From contig JABCTZ010000015.1 in NCBI GenBank assembly GCA_018238155.1, positions 1 through 43,026 on the forward strand: DNA of 43,026 bases, given 5' to 3'. This document shows positions 17,385 to 27,368 of the stretch, piece after piece. The translations under genes and the position numbers were made by a program. The notes under the pieces are model-generated. The model saw only the letters and a list, made by a program, of their open reading frames with translations. It was not told the origin of the DNA and searched no databases. Every line of letters begins with the position of its first letter. Position 1 is the first letter of the stretch. Source of the DNA: Candidatus Heimdallarchaeota archaeon. GTDB lineage: Archaea; Asgardarchaeota; Heimdallarchaeia; JABLTI01.

Positions 17385-18236
17385 TTAGATAGAAGTAAAA
17401 GTATCTTTTAATTTGTTCATTCGTTTTTCCTTTTCTCTTATCACCTTTTTCTCTTTCTCAAATTTCTCTAATTCTTTTTTTGCAATTAATCTTACAATTT
17501 CATTGTGGTGATTCATTGCTGAATTCAAAACAGATTTAATTCTATTATCTGAAAATCTACTAATGTATGAAAGAGTTTCCCTAATTATTTCTTCATTATT
17601 ACTGCTAAAGACAATATTTAAAGTAGCATTCAAATTATCACTGGTCATTAGTACATCTCTTGCCATTTTCCGAATGCTTTGGTCATAACAAAGCAAGAAA
17701 TTAATGAATAATGAATTATCTTCTTTTGCAATTTCGATTAATGCTACTCTAGCAGATTCACAGCAAAAGGTATCTTTAAGCAATTCTTGCAATGTTTCAA
17801 TCCCTTTATCTGATGCTCTTCTCTTTTCGGCTAGTATTTCACATGCTTTTTTTCTAATTCTTGGATTATTGGAATCAAGAGCATTTTCAATGACATCGAG
17901 AAATGTCTTCAAATCTTGACTATTTCTTTCTGAAAATAGATCCTCAAAAATAACTTCAATTATACCTTTTTCTAATGATATTTGAAAATTACCTAAATAG
18001 ACTTTACAATAACTATTTGTAATTTCTACAATATCATTTTCATTTATTTTCTGAATATCATCATTATATAATAGTAAATTAGCTTCTCCGGTTCCATCTT
18101 CGACAATATAATTACAAATAGTATTTGATATATTGAAACAACTTACCTCTTGTGGTTCCATTTTTTTGACAACTATTACGACTATTTTTTCAAAAAGTTC
18201 ATTTATCTTTAAATCCTTTATCCTCATCTTTTCCAC
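17385..18236 (-). CDS. SSB/RPA-like OB-fold fused to HEAT repeats
   Basis: IKDLK...VEDGTGEANLLLYND.....ENDIVEITNSY...Y.G..QISL; C-terminal RIRKKACEILAE and IVRLIAKKEL helical repeats. Confidence 0.75.
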   Translation of the reverse strand: MEKMRIKDLKINELFEKIVVIVVKKMEPQEVSCFNISNTICNYIVEDGTGEANLLLYNDDIQKINENDIVEITNSYCKVYLGNFQISLEKGIIEVIFEDLFSERNSQDLKTFLDVIENALDSNNPRIRKKACEILAEKRRASDKGIETLQELLKDTFCCESARVALIEIAKEDNSLFINFLLCYDQSIRKMARDVLMTSDNLNATLNIVFSSNNEEIIRETLSYISRFSDNRIKSVLNSAMNHHNEIVRLIAKKELEKFEKEKKVIREKEKRMNKLKDTFTSI

Positions 18237-18550
18237 TTTTAATTAATAACAAAGAAATTTTAAAAACTTTGCTTTTTTAGCTATTTTTTCAAAAAACAAA
18301 TATTAATATGAATTTTAGAGCTTAAAAGTCAATGAAGCAATTCAATACAATAGGAACAAAAAAAGAAACGTCAAAACAAACTGGAATCTAAAATAAGAAA
18401 TAAATCTCTTTCTAGCATTTGTTTGTTCTGTTTTTTCAACATTATTTATTTCCAACAAAATTATTCTATCTCAGTTTTTGAATAGTAAGCTGATACACAA
18501 GAAAAACTTTTCTTTTAATCACAAAGTCTATATTAAGAATTCTCTAATTT

Positions 18551-19171
18551 ATGATTTGGATAGAAATGAATTTTAGAAAAAATAAGATTGAGCTTCCAAC
18601 AAAAATAGTTGATAAAAAATGGACTCAAGTACGTAACAAAACAAAAATGAGAAAAAAATCGACAAGAACATACATGAGTGAGGAATATTTTAGACTCATG
18701 ATTGCTATTGAGAAGAAAAGCTTTCTGGATAGTATTGGTCGAATAGTCGGCGAAAATAAGAATAAGATTCAAAGAATAAACGCAAGTGGTGACAGAATAA
18801 CAATCCAATTAAACGAAAGAATTATTGATTCAATTGCTGAAGAAGTCGACTGTAAAGTTGGTAAATGGTTGTTATTCTATCCTGAGAAGGAAATTGATGC
18901 TATCTGGAAGAAAATCGCCCGAGCTGTATTAAAAGGTGCATTGGGATCCTGTGAACATGTAAAAGTAGCAACTGCTCTTCAGAAGAAGGAGAAATACCTC
19001 ATTTGTGTCTATACGCCCAATTATTTAGATGCAGTAGATGTCATGAATGTTCGAAAGAAGCTTCGTGAAATGGGCTTCAGTAAAACACTATATTATAAAC
19101 CTGATATCTATACCTATCTAGGTATTTACACTAAAAATCCTCATGTGAAAGCTTCTAAATATAAATCCTAA
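18551..19171 (+). CDS. DUF1917 / Bles03 (C11orf68-like) family protein
   Basis: GKWLLF....IDAIW..IA, KVAT, ICVYT.NY.D..DV..V...LR.MG and YKPDIYTYLGIY; the true start may be a downstream Met. Confidence 0.85.
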   Translation: MIWIEMNFRKNKIELPTKIVDKKWTQVRNKTKMRKKSTRTYMSEEYFRLMIAIEKKSFLDSIGRIVGENKNKIQRINASGDRITIQLNERIIDSIAEEVDCKVGKWLLFYPEKEIDAIWKKIARAVLKGALGSCEHVKVATALQKKEKYLICVYTPNYLDAVDVMNVRKKLREMGFSKTLYYKPDIYTYLGIYTKNPHVKASKYKS

Positions 19172-19181
19172 ATCATTTTTT

Positions 19182-20000
19182 TTATTTATTCCTTGAAATA
19201 ACCCTTTTTCTTTCTTTCAAATATTTATCTCGAGCAACACGTATTTTTTTCAAAAATGCTTTTCTAAGATGGTCTGGTAATGCTTTTACATCAAGTATAG
19301 TATCTTTCCATTCAATCGGATGGTCTTTCTCTATATAGAGAGATCGTAGACTTTCGCAAGCACGCAAAGGTGAAATGTCAATAGGACCTAAGCTATTATA
19401 CGCTAAACCAATGTACTCTAAATTCTTCAACATGCTAAGAGGTTGGAGGTCGATTTCTGTTAGGGAATTACTACAAATATCAATACTAACTAATTCTTGG
19501 CATTGAATTAAGGGTTCCAAATCAATGTAGACCAATTTATTATTATCCAACCCTAACCAAACAAATTCTTTACATTTTGATAATGGTCTTAAATTAATTG
19601 CAGAGATATCATTTCCATCGAGAAATAATTTAGAAAAATGCTTGCAATTACTGAGTGGTTTTAAGCTAATAGACATTAATTGATTGCCAGCAAGATGTAA
19701 TTCTCTGAATTGCTCACACTGACTGAGTGGTGTTAAATCAATATAACTCAGTTGATTTCCTTGCAGATTCAATTTTTGAAGCTTTTTACATCTTCTTAAA
19801 GGGATAAGATCAATTGAAGTAAATTTATTGGAGTAGAGCTGAATAATTTCAAGATTCTTACATTCCCCTAATGGCGTCAAATCTAATTGAGTTAAAGATA
19901 ATCTATCTTTAATATTCATATGAAGAAATGTAATATCCTTATTAATTTCAGTAGTAAATTTTTCACCATTCTCAAGTTTTCCCTGTAATGTAATTGTCAT
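19182..20000 (-). CDS. Leucine-rich repeat protein
   Basis: About eight 24-aa repeats of L..L.L..N.L..IDL.PL..C. Confidence 0.92.
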   Translation of the reverse strand: MTITLQGKLENGEKFTTEINKDITFLHMNIKDRLSLTQLDLTPLGECKNLEIIQLYSNKFTSIDLIPLRRCKKLQKLNLQGNQLSYIDLTPLSQCEQFRELHLAGNQLMSISLKPLSNCKHFSKLFLDGNDISAINLRPLSKCKEFVWLGLDNNKLVYIDLEPLIQCQELVSIDICSNSLTEIDLQPLSMLKNLEYIGLAYNSLGPIDISPLRACESLRSLYIEKDHPIEWKDTILDVKALPDHLRKAFLKKIRVARDKYLKERKRVISRNK

Positions 20001-20082
20001 TATAATTCCAACAACATTTGATTATCATTCAAATTCTTTCTTTAAATTTGATTATATACTCAAAAGAGTTATACTTGTTAAA

Positions 20083-20215
20083 CTAGTTTCTGATTGTTTT
20101 TTTCCTTTTACTAAGTATAATTATTGTTGGTAGAATAATTATTGCTGATAAGTTTGTCTTCTTTGTTTTACAGAATCTATCAAACGTCTTTTGTATTGCT
20201 TCTCCAACATTCAAT
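20083..20215 (-). pseudogene. 3' remnant of an S8 protease paralogue
   Basis: Reads LNVGEAIQKTFDRFCKTKKTNLSAIIILPTII... versus LNVGKAIQETYKRFCTTENINLSITIILPTIF of 24124-25293. Confidence 0.8.
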
Positions 20216-20231
20216 TTGTTATTTACTTTCT

Positions 20232-20805
20232 TTTCAAAAATACTTTTTTAAGATATTCTGGTAATGCTTGTACATCAAGTACAGTATCTTTCCATTCAAT
20301 CAGATGACCTTTATCAATATAGAGAATTCTTAGTTTATCACGACTCGCAAAGGTGAAATATCAATTGGAATCCAAGTTATTATACCTTAGACCGATGAAC
20401 TCCAAATTCTTCAACATACTAAGAGGTTGTAGGTCGATTTCTGTTTGGAAATTACTACTTATATCAACACTAATTAATTCTTGACATTGAATTAGGGGCT
20501 CAAAATCTATCTGGACCAATTTATTATTATCTATGCCTAACCAAACAAATTCTTTTCATTTTAAAATGGTCTTAAATTAATCACTGAGTTCATTTCCTTC
20601 GAGGAATAATTTAGCAAAATACTTGCAATTACTGAACAGTTTAAACTAATAGACTATGACATTAATTGATTGCAATCAAGATGTAATTCTCTGAATTGCT
20701 CACATTGACCGAGTGATGTTAAATCAATATAATTCAGCTGATTCTCCCTCCAAGATTCAGTTTTTGGAGTTTTATACATCTTAAGGGGATAAGATCAATA
20801 GAAGA
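20232..20805 (-). pseudogene. Degraded duplicate of the adjacent LRR gene
   Basis: Collinear nucleotide similarity to about 19249-19820 (e.g. gtatctttccattcaatc, aaattcttcaacat, gggataagatcaat), with indels and no long ORF. Confidence 0.88.
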
Positions 20806-20863
20806 TAACTTTTGGGTAGATTTGTTTGTTAATTTTCTGTTAGAAAAAAAGAAAGAATTAGAA

Positions 20864-22315
20864 TTAAACTTCTAATTCAAATGATGATATCGTTGAACCA
20901 TCACTTACATAATAAGCTCCGTATTCATCAGATTCATGATGTCCCCAAAAGAATTTCCCTGTTATCAACAAACTGATATCTTCTTGATCTTTTTTATAGG
21001 TCCATTGCAAGAAATTTCCAACTTGAGCTATACTGGGTACAAAGGTGGCTTTTTTGTTAGAACCCATATTCATTTCATATTTCAAGTTCCAAGTTGTTTT
21101 CGTGTAATAGTCCTTTCCTCCATTTGCATCAAGTTTATTAGTAACTGGTTTCTTAATTCCAAGTAATGTTCTTGTTGCACTATCAATTACAATGCCTAAA
21201 CAATAACTTGAAACAACTCCAGCAACTGGATTAGCTGTTACTAGAGATGTTGTTGCTGCACATAATACTTGTAATGAGAATTTCAATGTCATAAATGAGA
21301 GATCTTGTACTGCTTCTGAGGTTCTTAGCATCCTATTGTCAAATCCATCAAGTGAGAGAATATTAAGATCACCAAGTTGCTTAGTATACCAATAATCATT
21401 GTCAAAAGGATTCCACCAAGCTCCATGATGTTTTTTCTTTGGAAGCATCTCTATCTTGAGTTCAATCTTTTCCAAGCATGTACCTTCTCCAAACGCATCT
21501 ATTGCTAAAGTCATTTGATTAAATGAGTGATCACCACTAAGGGATTCTTGTTCAAAGATTGCTGCAGAAACTCCATAATTAATTTTCACAGAATTAATTT
21601 TGTTCAAGATATAATTGTAATATTTGAAATCTTCAGCCTTCTTTGCATAGGTATATACTGCAATCTCAGCATCATCCAAATAAATACTTGTCCTCTGTCC
21701 ATCTGTATTCTTGATTTCTATTTCAACGGACATGCTTACAGTTGTACTTGGAAGATTCTTCATTACTGATGTCATTACCCAAGGTTTACTACTTTTGTCT
21801 GAGATTTCTTCCCAGTTTCCATAAGCATATTTTGTACTATAAACTTTAATCCTAATACCTTTAATATTCTTGTCTAGATATTGATCGTCCAGATTCTGGT
21901 TGTTTCGATAAGGTCCATGTATATATCGATAATAATAATATCTGTATTTGATTCTAGCTCTAAAGGTATCTCCAGACTTAGTTCCTTTCAGATAACATCT
22001 AAAACCAAAATTTTTTCCTTTTGCAAATTTAAGCTCTTGACTATTCAACACTTGACTGATAAGCGTTGTTGAGGAAGAACCTTGTATTTTCCAACACTTA
22101 TTGATACGTCCAGAGCTAGAAAGTGTTTTACTTCCAGGAGATATTGCCCAATCATTATTGAGCTTTTCAAATTCCTTATTTTTTAGACCATAATCGCCGC
22201 CATTAAAAACAGATTCACCTACTGAATATGCATGTAAAAAGCTAACAGGAATGATTAATAATGCGATAAATATAGTCCCACTAAATATTAGTAATTTCTT
22301 GTATCTTTTATTCAT
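20864..22315 (-). CDS. Secreted hypothetical protein with a beta-sandwich-like N-terminal domain
   Basis: 483 aa, signal peptide, LKNKEFE...W and IYLDDAEI pattern resembling carbohydrate-binding folds; GGTGA RBS. Confidence 0.7.
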   Translation of the reverse strand: MNKRYKKLLIFSGTIFIALLIIPVSFLHAYSVGESVFNGGDYGLKNKEFEKLNNDWAISPGSKTLSSSGRINKCWKIQGSSSTTLISQVLNSQELKFAKGKNFGFRCYLKGTKSGDTFRARIKYRYYYYRYIHGPYRNNQNLDDQYLDKNIKGIRIKVYSTKYAYGNWEEISDKSSKPWVMTSVMKNLPSTTVSMSVEIEIKNTDGQRTSIYLDDAEIAVYTYAKKAEDFKYYNYILNKINSVKINYGVSAAIFEQESLSGDHSFNQMTLAIDAFGEGTCLEKIELKIEMLPKKKHHGAWWNPFDNDYWYTKQLGDLNILSLDGFDNRMLRTSEAVQDLSFMTLKFSLQVLCAATTSLVTANPVAGVVSSYCLGIVIDSATRTLLGIKKPVTNKLDANGGKDYYTKTTWNLKYEMNMGSNKKATFVPSIAQVGNFLQWTYKKDQEDISLLITGKFFWGHHESDEYGAYYVSDGSTISSFELEV

Positions 22316-22444
22316 ATTTTCTTCACCAAAAAATTAGTGTAGTAATCAAAAAGCTGAAATTAGATTTAAACATATATTCTTTTTACGTCATAAAATAAAA
22401 GGTGTATTATACTTTATCTAGAATTGTTTCTCCATATGGGATAT

Positions 22445-22503
22445 TAAGTAACTCTTTCCAAACAATCTTCCAACCATTCAAGAAGAAGCGAGGGTTGAGA
22501 ATC
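22445..22503 (+). repeat. Boundary repeat R14 (diverged)
   Basis: tcttccaaccattcaagaagaagcgagggttgagaatc; core 22468-22489. Confidence 0.8.
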
Positions 22504-22899
22504 ATTTTTTTAACTAATTAGAAATTAATAAAAGGTGACAATGAGAAAGATGCTTTTAAACATGAGTTTGCTCAAACATTCAATAAATACGTTGGTGTAA
22601 TCTATTACCATTTAATCGATGTGAAATTTGTTTGATTAGAGTTAAAATCTGTACTGAATTGATTCCAATTACTGACCTAAAAGGATAGAAGCATTTTGTC
22701 ATTCGAACCTTTAATAGAACATATACTCTAAAGTCACATGAGATTGATAAGTATAATGATATTCGAGAGTCAAAACTTCATTAATTATGATAGTTGTTAT
22801 CCCTTCATTGAGTGGTAATTTTACTTTATTACTTGAAAGGATTTCTACTTTGATGGCTCTGACTATGGATCATTACTTCTTCCTTTTTCTTTTAGCTCA

Positions 22900-23820
22900 T
22901 TACCTGCTTCTCTTTTTTCGACTTACAACAATTCCTACAGCAACAATTATAATAACTATTAATCCTACTCCGCCACCAATAATATACAACATATTGTTGG
23001 CAAAGAAATCAGCAAAGTTAAATCCAACAGACTCCACAGGTGGTGGTGCTACATGCTTTAATTGTGTTATTACTGAAATCTCAAAGTCGTTTCCATAATA
23101 AACACCCGTGACTAAATCATCTGTTCTTGTATTTTCTAATAATCCTGTTGTCATGTTGTAGGAAAAGGTAGTTTCGGAGCTAGTAATAATTGGTCCGTTA
23201 ACTGTACTATCTTTATAAGTAAACCACCAATTCAATGTCAATAATCCGTTTAATTTAGAATAAGACCCACTGCAATCCACATCTTGATAACCTGTTAGCA
23301 TGCTACCTAGTAAACTTGCTTGATCGTCAATCAATTTCTCAAAACTATCCCAAGTTTTTGGAGCATTATCTAGGATAGGCGGAAATATGAAAGCTCTATG
23401 ATACTGTTCTCGAACTATACCATCTGTATAGATTTTGGAAAGGAAGTTCGTTTTTGCGAAGCCTGATAAACTAAAGAACAATACTGCGAAATCAAGGCTT
23501 CCGAATGCCGCTGGAAAACCCTCAAGTGTTGAATTTTTTTCTCCCAATAAAACTTTCCATTTTACACTTTCTTCAGTTATTGAAGTCACATTTACTGCTA
23601 CTGTTTCTCCTTCTGGTATTATTTCGTTTCTAATTCTGAATCCTGTGAACGTTTCATGGATGTTATCAAATTCTACATCTGCCTCTGATTTTGTAATTTC
23701 ATAATAGATTTTTTCTCCTACTTCTACTTGATAAGATCCGTTAACCGGGCTTGTAAAGAAGAATAAGAGTGTAGTAGTAATCAATAAGAAAGTAAGCAGT
23801 ATCCGTTGATATTTCTTCAT
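22900..23820 (-). CDS. Secreted, C-terminally anchored surface protein
   Basis: Signal peptide, Pro linker, TM helix and RKKRSR tail; AGGTGA RBS; N-terminal domain paralogous to 32377-32838. Confidence 0.75.
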   Translation of the reverse strand: MKKYQRILLTFLLITTTLLFFFTSPVNGSYQVEVGEKIYYEITKSEADVEFDNIHETFTGFRIRNEIIPEGETVAVNVTSITEESVKWKVLLGEKNSTLEGFPAAFGSLDFAVLFFSLSGFAKTNFLSKIYTDGIVREQYHRAFIFPPILDNAPKTWDSFEKLIDDQASLLGSMLTGYQDVDCSGSYSKLNGLLTLNWWFTYKDSTVNGPIITSSETTFSYNMTTGLLENTRTDDLVTGVYYGNDFEISVITQLKHVAPPPVESVGFNFADFFANNMLYIIGGGVGLIVIIIVAVGIVVSRKKRSR

Positions 23821-24062
23821 ATGTTTTCACCTAAAAATACTGAAATGAATTTTAAAGTTAAATATACACTCTCAAAGTTTCATTTATTATTTGGGAATGC
23901 TCCTTATAAATACACTGTTCAAATATCAAAATATCCTTTATAAATTTTTTTAAGAGGAAAATTCGTCTGTTTTTTTTTTTGTTATTATTTTAATTATTAC
24001 TCTTTGTAAACTAAATAATGAGGTAAACATCAAGTCAATAGTGTTTATTTATATTCATCCAT

Positions 24063-24120
24063 TAAGTGTAGTATACATGTAATGAACTTTTAGTCCTCAA
24101 AAAGGAGGTAAGTGTAGAAC
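24063..24120 (+). repeat. Degenerate boundary repeat R15
   Basis: taagtgt...aatgaacttttagtcctcaaaaaggaggt...gtagaa; 14/22 core match plus matching flanks. Confidence 0.55.
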
Positions 24121-24123
24121 CAT

Positions 24124-25293
24124 CTATATGTTAGTCTTCTTTTTTACAAGCACGATTATGAAAATTGTTGGTAGTATAATTGTTATTGACAAGTTTATGT
24201 TTTCAGTTGTGCAAAATCTTTTATACGTTTCTTGTATTGCTTTTCCTACATTTAATAGACCATGACCAAAGAAATTATCTTTGCCTTCTTCTCCCAAGTC
24301 GGTTGTGGTATCAAAAAGAATCTCTCTTACTTCTTCAATAGTAATGCTTTCATAAAGAGATTTCATTAAAGCAACAGTAGCTGCTACTTGTGGACACGCA
24401 TAAGAAGTTCCAACACCATAGCTGAAAGTTTCATTGAAGTTGGTACTTCGAATTACGTGTTCTATAGCATCATATCCTTGATCTCCTACTGGAGCTACAA
24501 TATCGGTCCATTCACCATAATTGCTATAGTCTGCTAGTTCATTATAATAATTCGTTGCTCCAACAGCTATTACTTCTTCATATCCACCTGGAAATGATTG
24601 GTATTCTCTTCCTCCTAATGGTAGAGCAGTATTTCCTGTAATGGCTATTACTGGAATATTTTTCTCAACTGCATAGAGAATATCATCATGATAGAGATTA
24701 TTGTCACCATAATACTGCAAGCTCAGACTTATGACATCAGCACCATTATCTACTGCATATTTTATTGCTTCCCCAAATCCTTCATAAGTTGTTCCTGCAT
24801 AATTATCTGCTTTAAGTACTCGCACATCCATAATTTTGACATTGGGAGCAATACCTGCTACTCCTTGATTATCTATGTTAGCTGTAATTATACCAGCAAT
24901 AAACGTTGCATGGCTATTAATGGGGTCAGATAGCTCTGGTCCTGGGATATTATCCATGCTTACAAAATCCCATCCATTAATATCATCAATGAAACCATTG
25001 GCATCATCATCGACACCATTGTTATCAATTTCAGCGGTATTTACCCATGTAGCATCGCTTAATTCTGAGTGGCTGAAATCTATACCAGAATCAATTACAG
25101 CAACTATAATTGAACTCGAACCGTTTGTTACACTCCAAGCGTCTTGAGCACTAATTTTAGTTAGATGCCATCCAATTTCTGAGTTATTATTGATAACCAC
25201 TTGTTTTTGTAAAGCTATTGAATTTGTAATAGAATAAGCAAACACTGAAACAATTATCAAAACTAATCCTTGTAGTTTATATCGATTTATCAA
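24124..25293 (-). CDS. Secreted S8 subtilisin-like serine protease with C-terminal anchor
   Basis: VAVIDSG, HATFIAG and GTSYACPQVA catalytic triad motifs; signal peptide. Confidence 0.95.
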   Translation of the reverse strand: MINRYKLQGLVLIIVSVFAYSITNSIALQKQVVINNNSEIGWHLTKISAQDAWSVTNGSSSIIVAVIDSGIDFSHSELSDATWVNTAEIDNNGVDDDANGFIDDINGWDFVSMDNIPGPELSDPINSHATFIAGIITANIDNQGVAGIAPNVKIMDVRVLKADNYAGTTYEGFGEAIKYAVDNGADVISLSLQYYGDNNLYHDDILYAVEKNIPVIAITGNTALPLGGREYQSFPGGYEEVIAVGATNYYNELADYSNYGEWTDIVAPVGDQGYDAIEHVIRSTNFNETFSYGVGTSYACPQVAATVALMKSLYESITIEEVREILFDTTTDLGEEGKDNFFGHGLLNVGKAIQETYKRFCTTENINLSITIILPTIFIIVLVKKKTNI

Positions 25294-25664
25294 GATATCT
25301 TCCCTTCAAGTTTTCACTGAAAAACAATTATCTTTTATCAATCATATTATTTTCGTTTCATGTCATTTGTAATTGTTTGTATTCAACTTTGCTTTGTAAA
25401 CTCTGCTCAATAATTGTTTCGTTTTAGACGGAAATATGATTTTAAGTTTGAAAAGAAACCATTTGATTTTTACTTCGATATGCTCATTGTTTTAATTATC
25501 TTTTCATTTATGTTATTACTAGGTAGGTACAATGTATATCTTAGATAAAATAGTGGATTAACAAGTCCAGTACTTATCGCTCCTTTATGGTAAAGAATAT
25601 TGTTCATATTTGAATTACTAGTAATTTTTGTACTTGATTTTGATGTTATGTAAAGTCTTTGCAC

Positions 25665-25707
25665 TTGAACTTTAGCCTTTTCAAGAAAATGTGAGGACTG
25701 TAGATCC
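25665..25707 (+). repeat. Degenerate boundary repeat R16
   Basis: ttgaactttagccttttcaagaaaatgtgaggactgtagatcc. Confidence 0.65.
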
Positions 25708-26118
25708 ATCATTATATATGAATCAATAAATCATCACCTACACTATTTTTACTTGAAAATGAGCTTTTTAAAACATTATTTTGAATAAAATAATTATGAA
25801 AAATCAAAATAGAAATATTATCAATAATAGATTAGCATAGATACATTGTTACAATAATTCGAGTGTTGTTAATTAAATTAACAGTCACATATAATTTCGG
25901 TTCAGAGGGAAAAAAAATTCGGCGAATATTGATTATGTTACAATTCAAAGAACAATGAAAGATATTGATTGGAACATTATTGCAGATGGAATTGATACTT
26001 TTCATGGAATAAAGTAACAAGTGCGATCACAAAATCACCACTGAATACTGAAAGGTTAATTTTCGATAGAACAAGTTAATTCCAATATTCCAAAGAGGTA
26101 GAATGATAGTTCTGTGGA

Positions 26119-26961
26119 TTAGGAATTAATTTGCTTATTCGAGATGAATTCAAGAATATCATTCGAAAATCGTTTTGAAGAAAAGATATCATGTCCTTTA
26201 TTTGGATAGACTTTTAGAATAGTTTTTGGTATCAACTGTGCCATTTCTTCAAAATCTTCTTTTGTGTTGAAGAAATCCTTATCACCACAAAGAATGAGGA
26301 TAGGAACTGTGATGTTGCTTAAACGGTCTTTCGTATTATGACTTTCTTCAGCTTTTGCTTCAATAATTACATCATCGGAAAAGGTTTTACTTTTGGGATT
26401 CTTCATAAATAATCCAGAAGTGAAAAGCATTATCTTATAGAAATATTTTTTCAATCCTTTAGAAGCAAAAACGTCAGATATTGAAGCATATGCTTTTGCT
26501 TTCTTCCCTTCGCTTAAATAAGTGGCAAATTTAAGGTCGAGTTCAATTCCTTTTTTAGAGATAATGTGAGTTGCCATAGCAATTATTTTGTATTCACTCT
26601 TATCTGGATGATCAACTGCAAAATGCTGAAGAATAAGACCCCCATATGATATTCCAACAAGAACATCTACTCTTCCTTTGAATTCATGATCAATCATTTC
26701 TGCATAATCATTAGACATATCGAGAGTAGTATAGTTCTGATGTAATCCTGATTTTCTTGTTACGAGGTAAATGGTGTAATCCTTCATAAAAGGAATAAAG
26801 CTCTTTGAATACATTTTGAATTCGATTCCTTTGGGAAGTTCATTTCCAGGTCCACCAAGAAAAACAATTATTGTTTTTTCACCAGAACCAAATCTGATAT
26901 GAGGAATACCATCTGAAAAAATACCATAAATTGGTTTTATTTTACTCATAGTACATTTCAC
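26119..26961 (-). CDS. Alpha/beta hydrolase
   Basis: GISYGG nucleophile elbow, PILILCGDKD and KGHD; start probably at MSKIK. Confidence 0.9.
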   Translation of the reverse strand: MKCTMSKIKPIYGIFSDGIPHIRFGSGEKTIIVFLGGPGNELPKGIEFKMYSKSFIPFMKDYTIYLVTRKSGLHQNYTTLDMSNDYAEMIDHEFKGRVDVLVGISYGGLILQHFAVDHPDKSEYKIIAMATHIISKKGIELDLKFATYLSEGKKAKAYASISDVFASKGLKKYFYKIMLFTSGLFMKNPKSKTFSDDVIIEAKAEESHNTKDRLSNITVPILILCGDKDFFNTKEDFEEMAQLIPKTILKVYPNKGHDIFSSKRFSNDILEFISNKQINS

Positions 26962-27301
26962 AGAATAGATTATTATTACTAATTAATTAAATATTGCTGT
27001 AAAAATCATCAATCTATTACTAAAGTAAAACCAACAACAAAACTAAATCATTTATTTCAATGTTAAAATTAAAAATACAGTATGACTATGAATTTTAAAG
27101 TTAAATATACACTATCAAAGTATCGTTTTTTTTTTGGGCGTACTCCTTATATACACGGTTCAGAAGTCAAAATATCCTTTATAAAATTATTTAAGAGGAA
27201 GGTTCTTCCATTTTTTCTGTTATTACTTTAATTGTTTCTCTTTGTAAAATTAATAATGAGGTAAACATCAAGTCAATAGTGTTTATTTTTATTCTTCCAT
27301 C

Positions 27302-27360
27302 AAGTGTAGTATACATGTAATGAATTTTTAGTCCTCAAAAAGGAATCAAGTGTAGAACCT
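27302..27360 (+). repeat. Degenerate boundary repeat R17 (duplicate of R15)
   Basis: aagtgtagtatacatgtaatgaatttttagtcctcaaaaaggaatcaagtgtagaacc. Confidence 0.5.
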
Positions 27361-27368
27361 TCTATATG

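Larger units (their letters stand above)
23832..25320. repeat. Segmental duplication copy 1 (about 1.5 kb; copy 2 at about 27070-28575)
   Basis: The S8 gene plus about 290 bp of downstream intergenic DNA are shared (atgaattttaaagttaaatatacact; taatgaggtaaacatcaagtcaatagtgttt). Confidence 0.9.
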
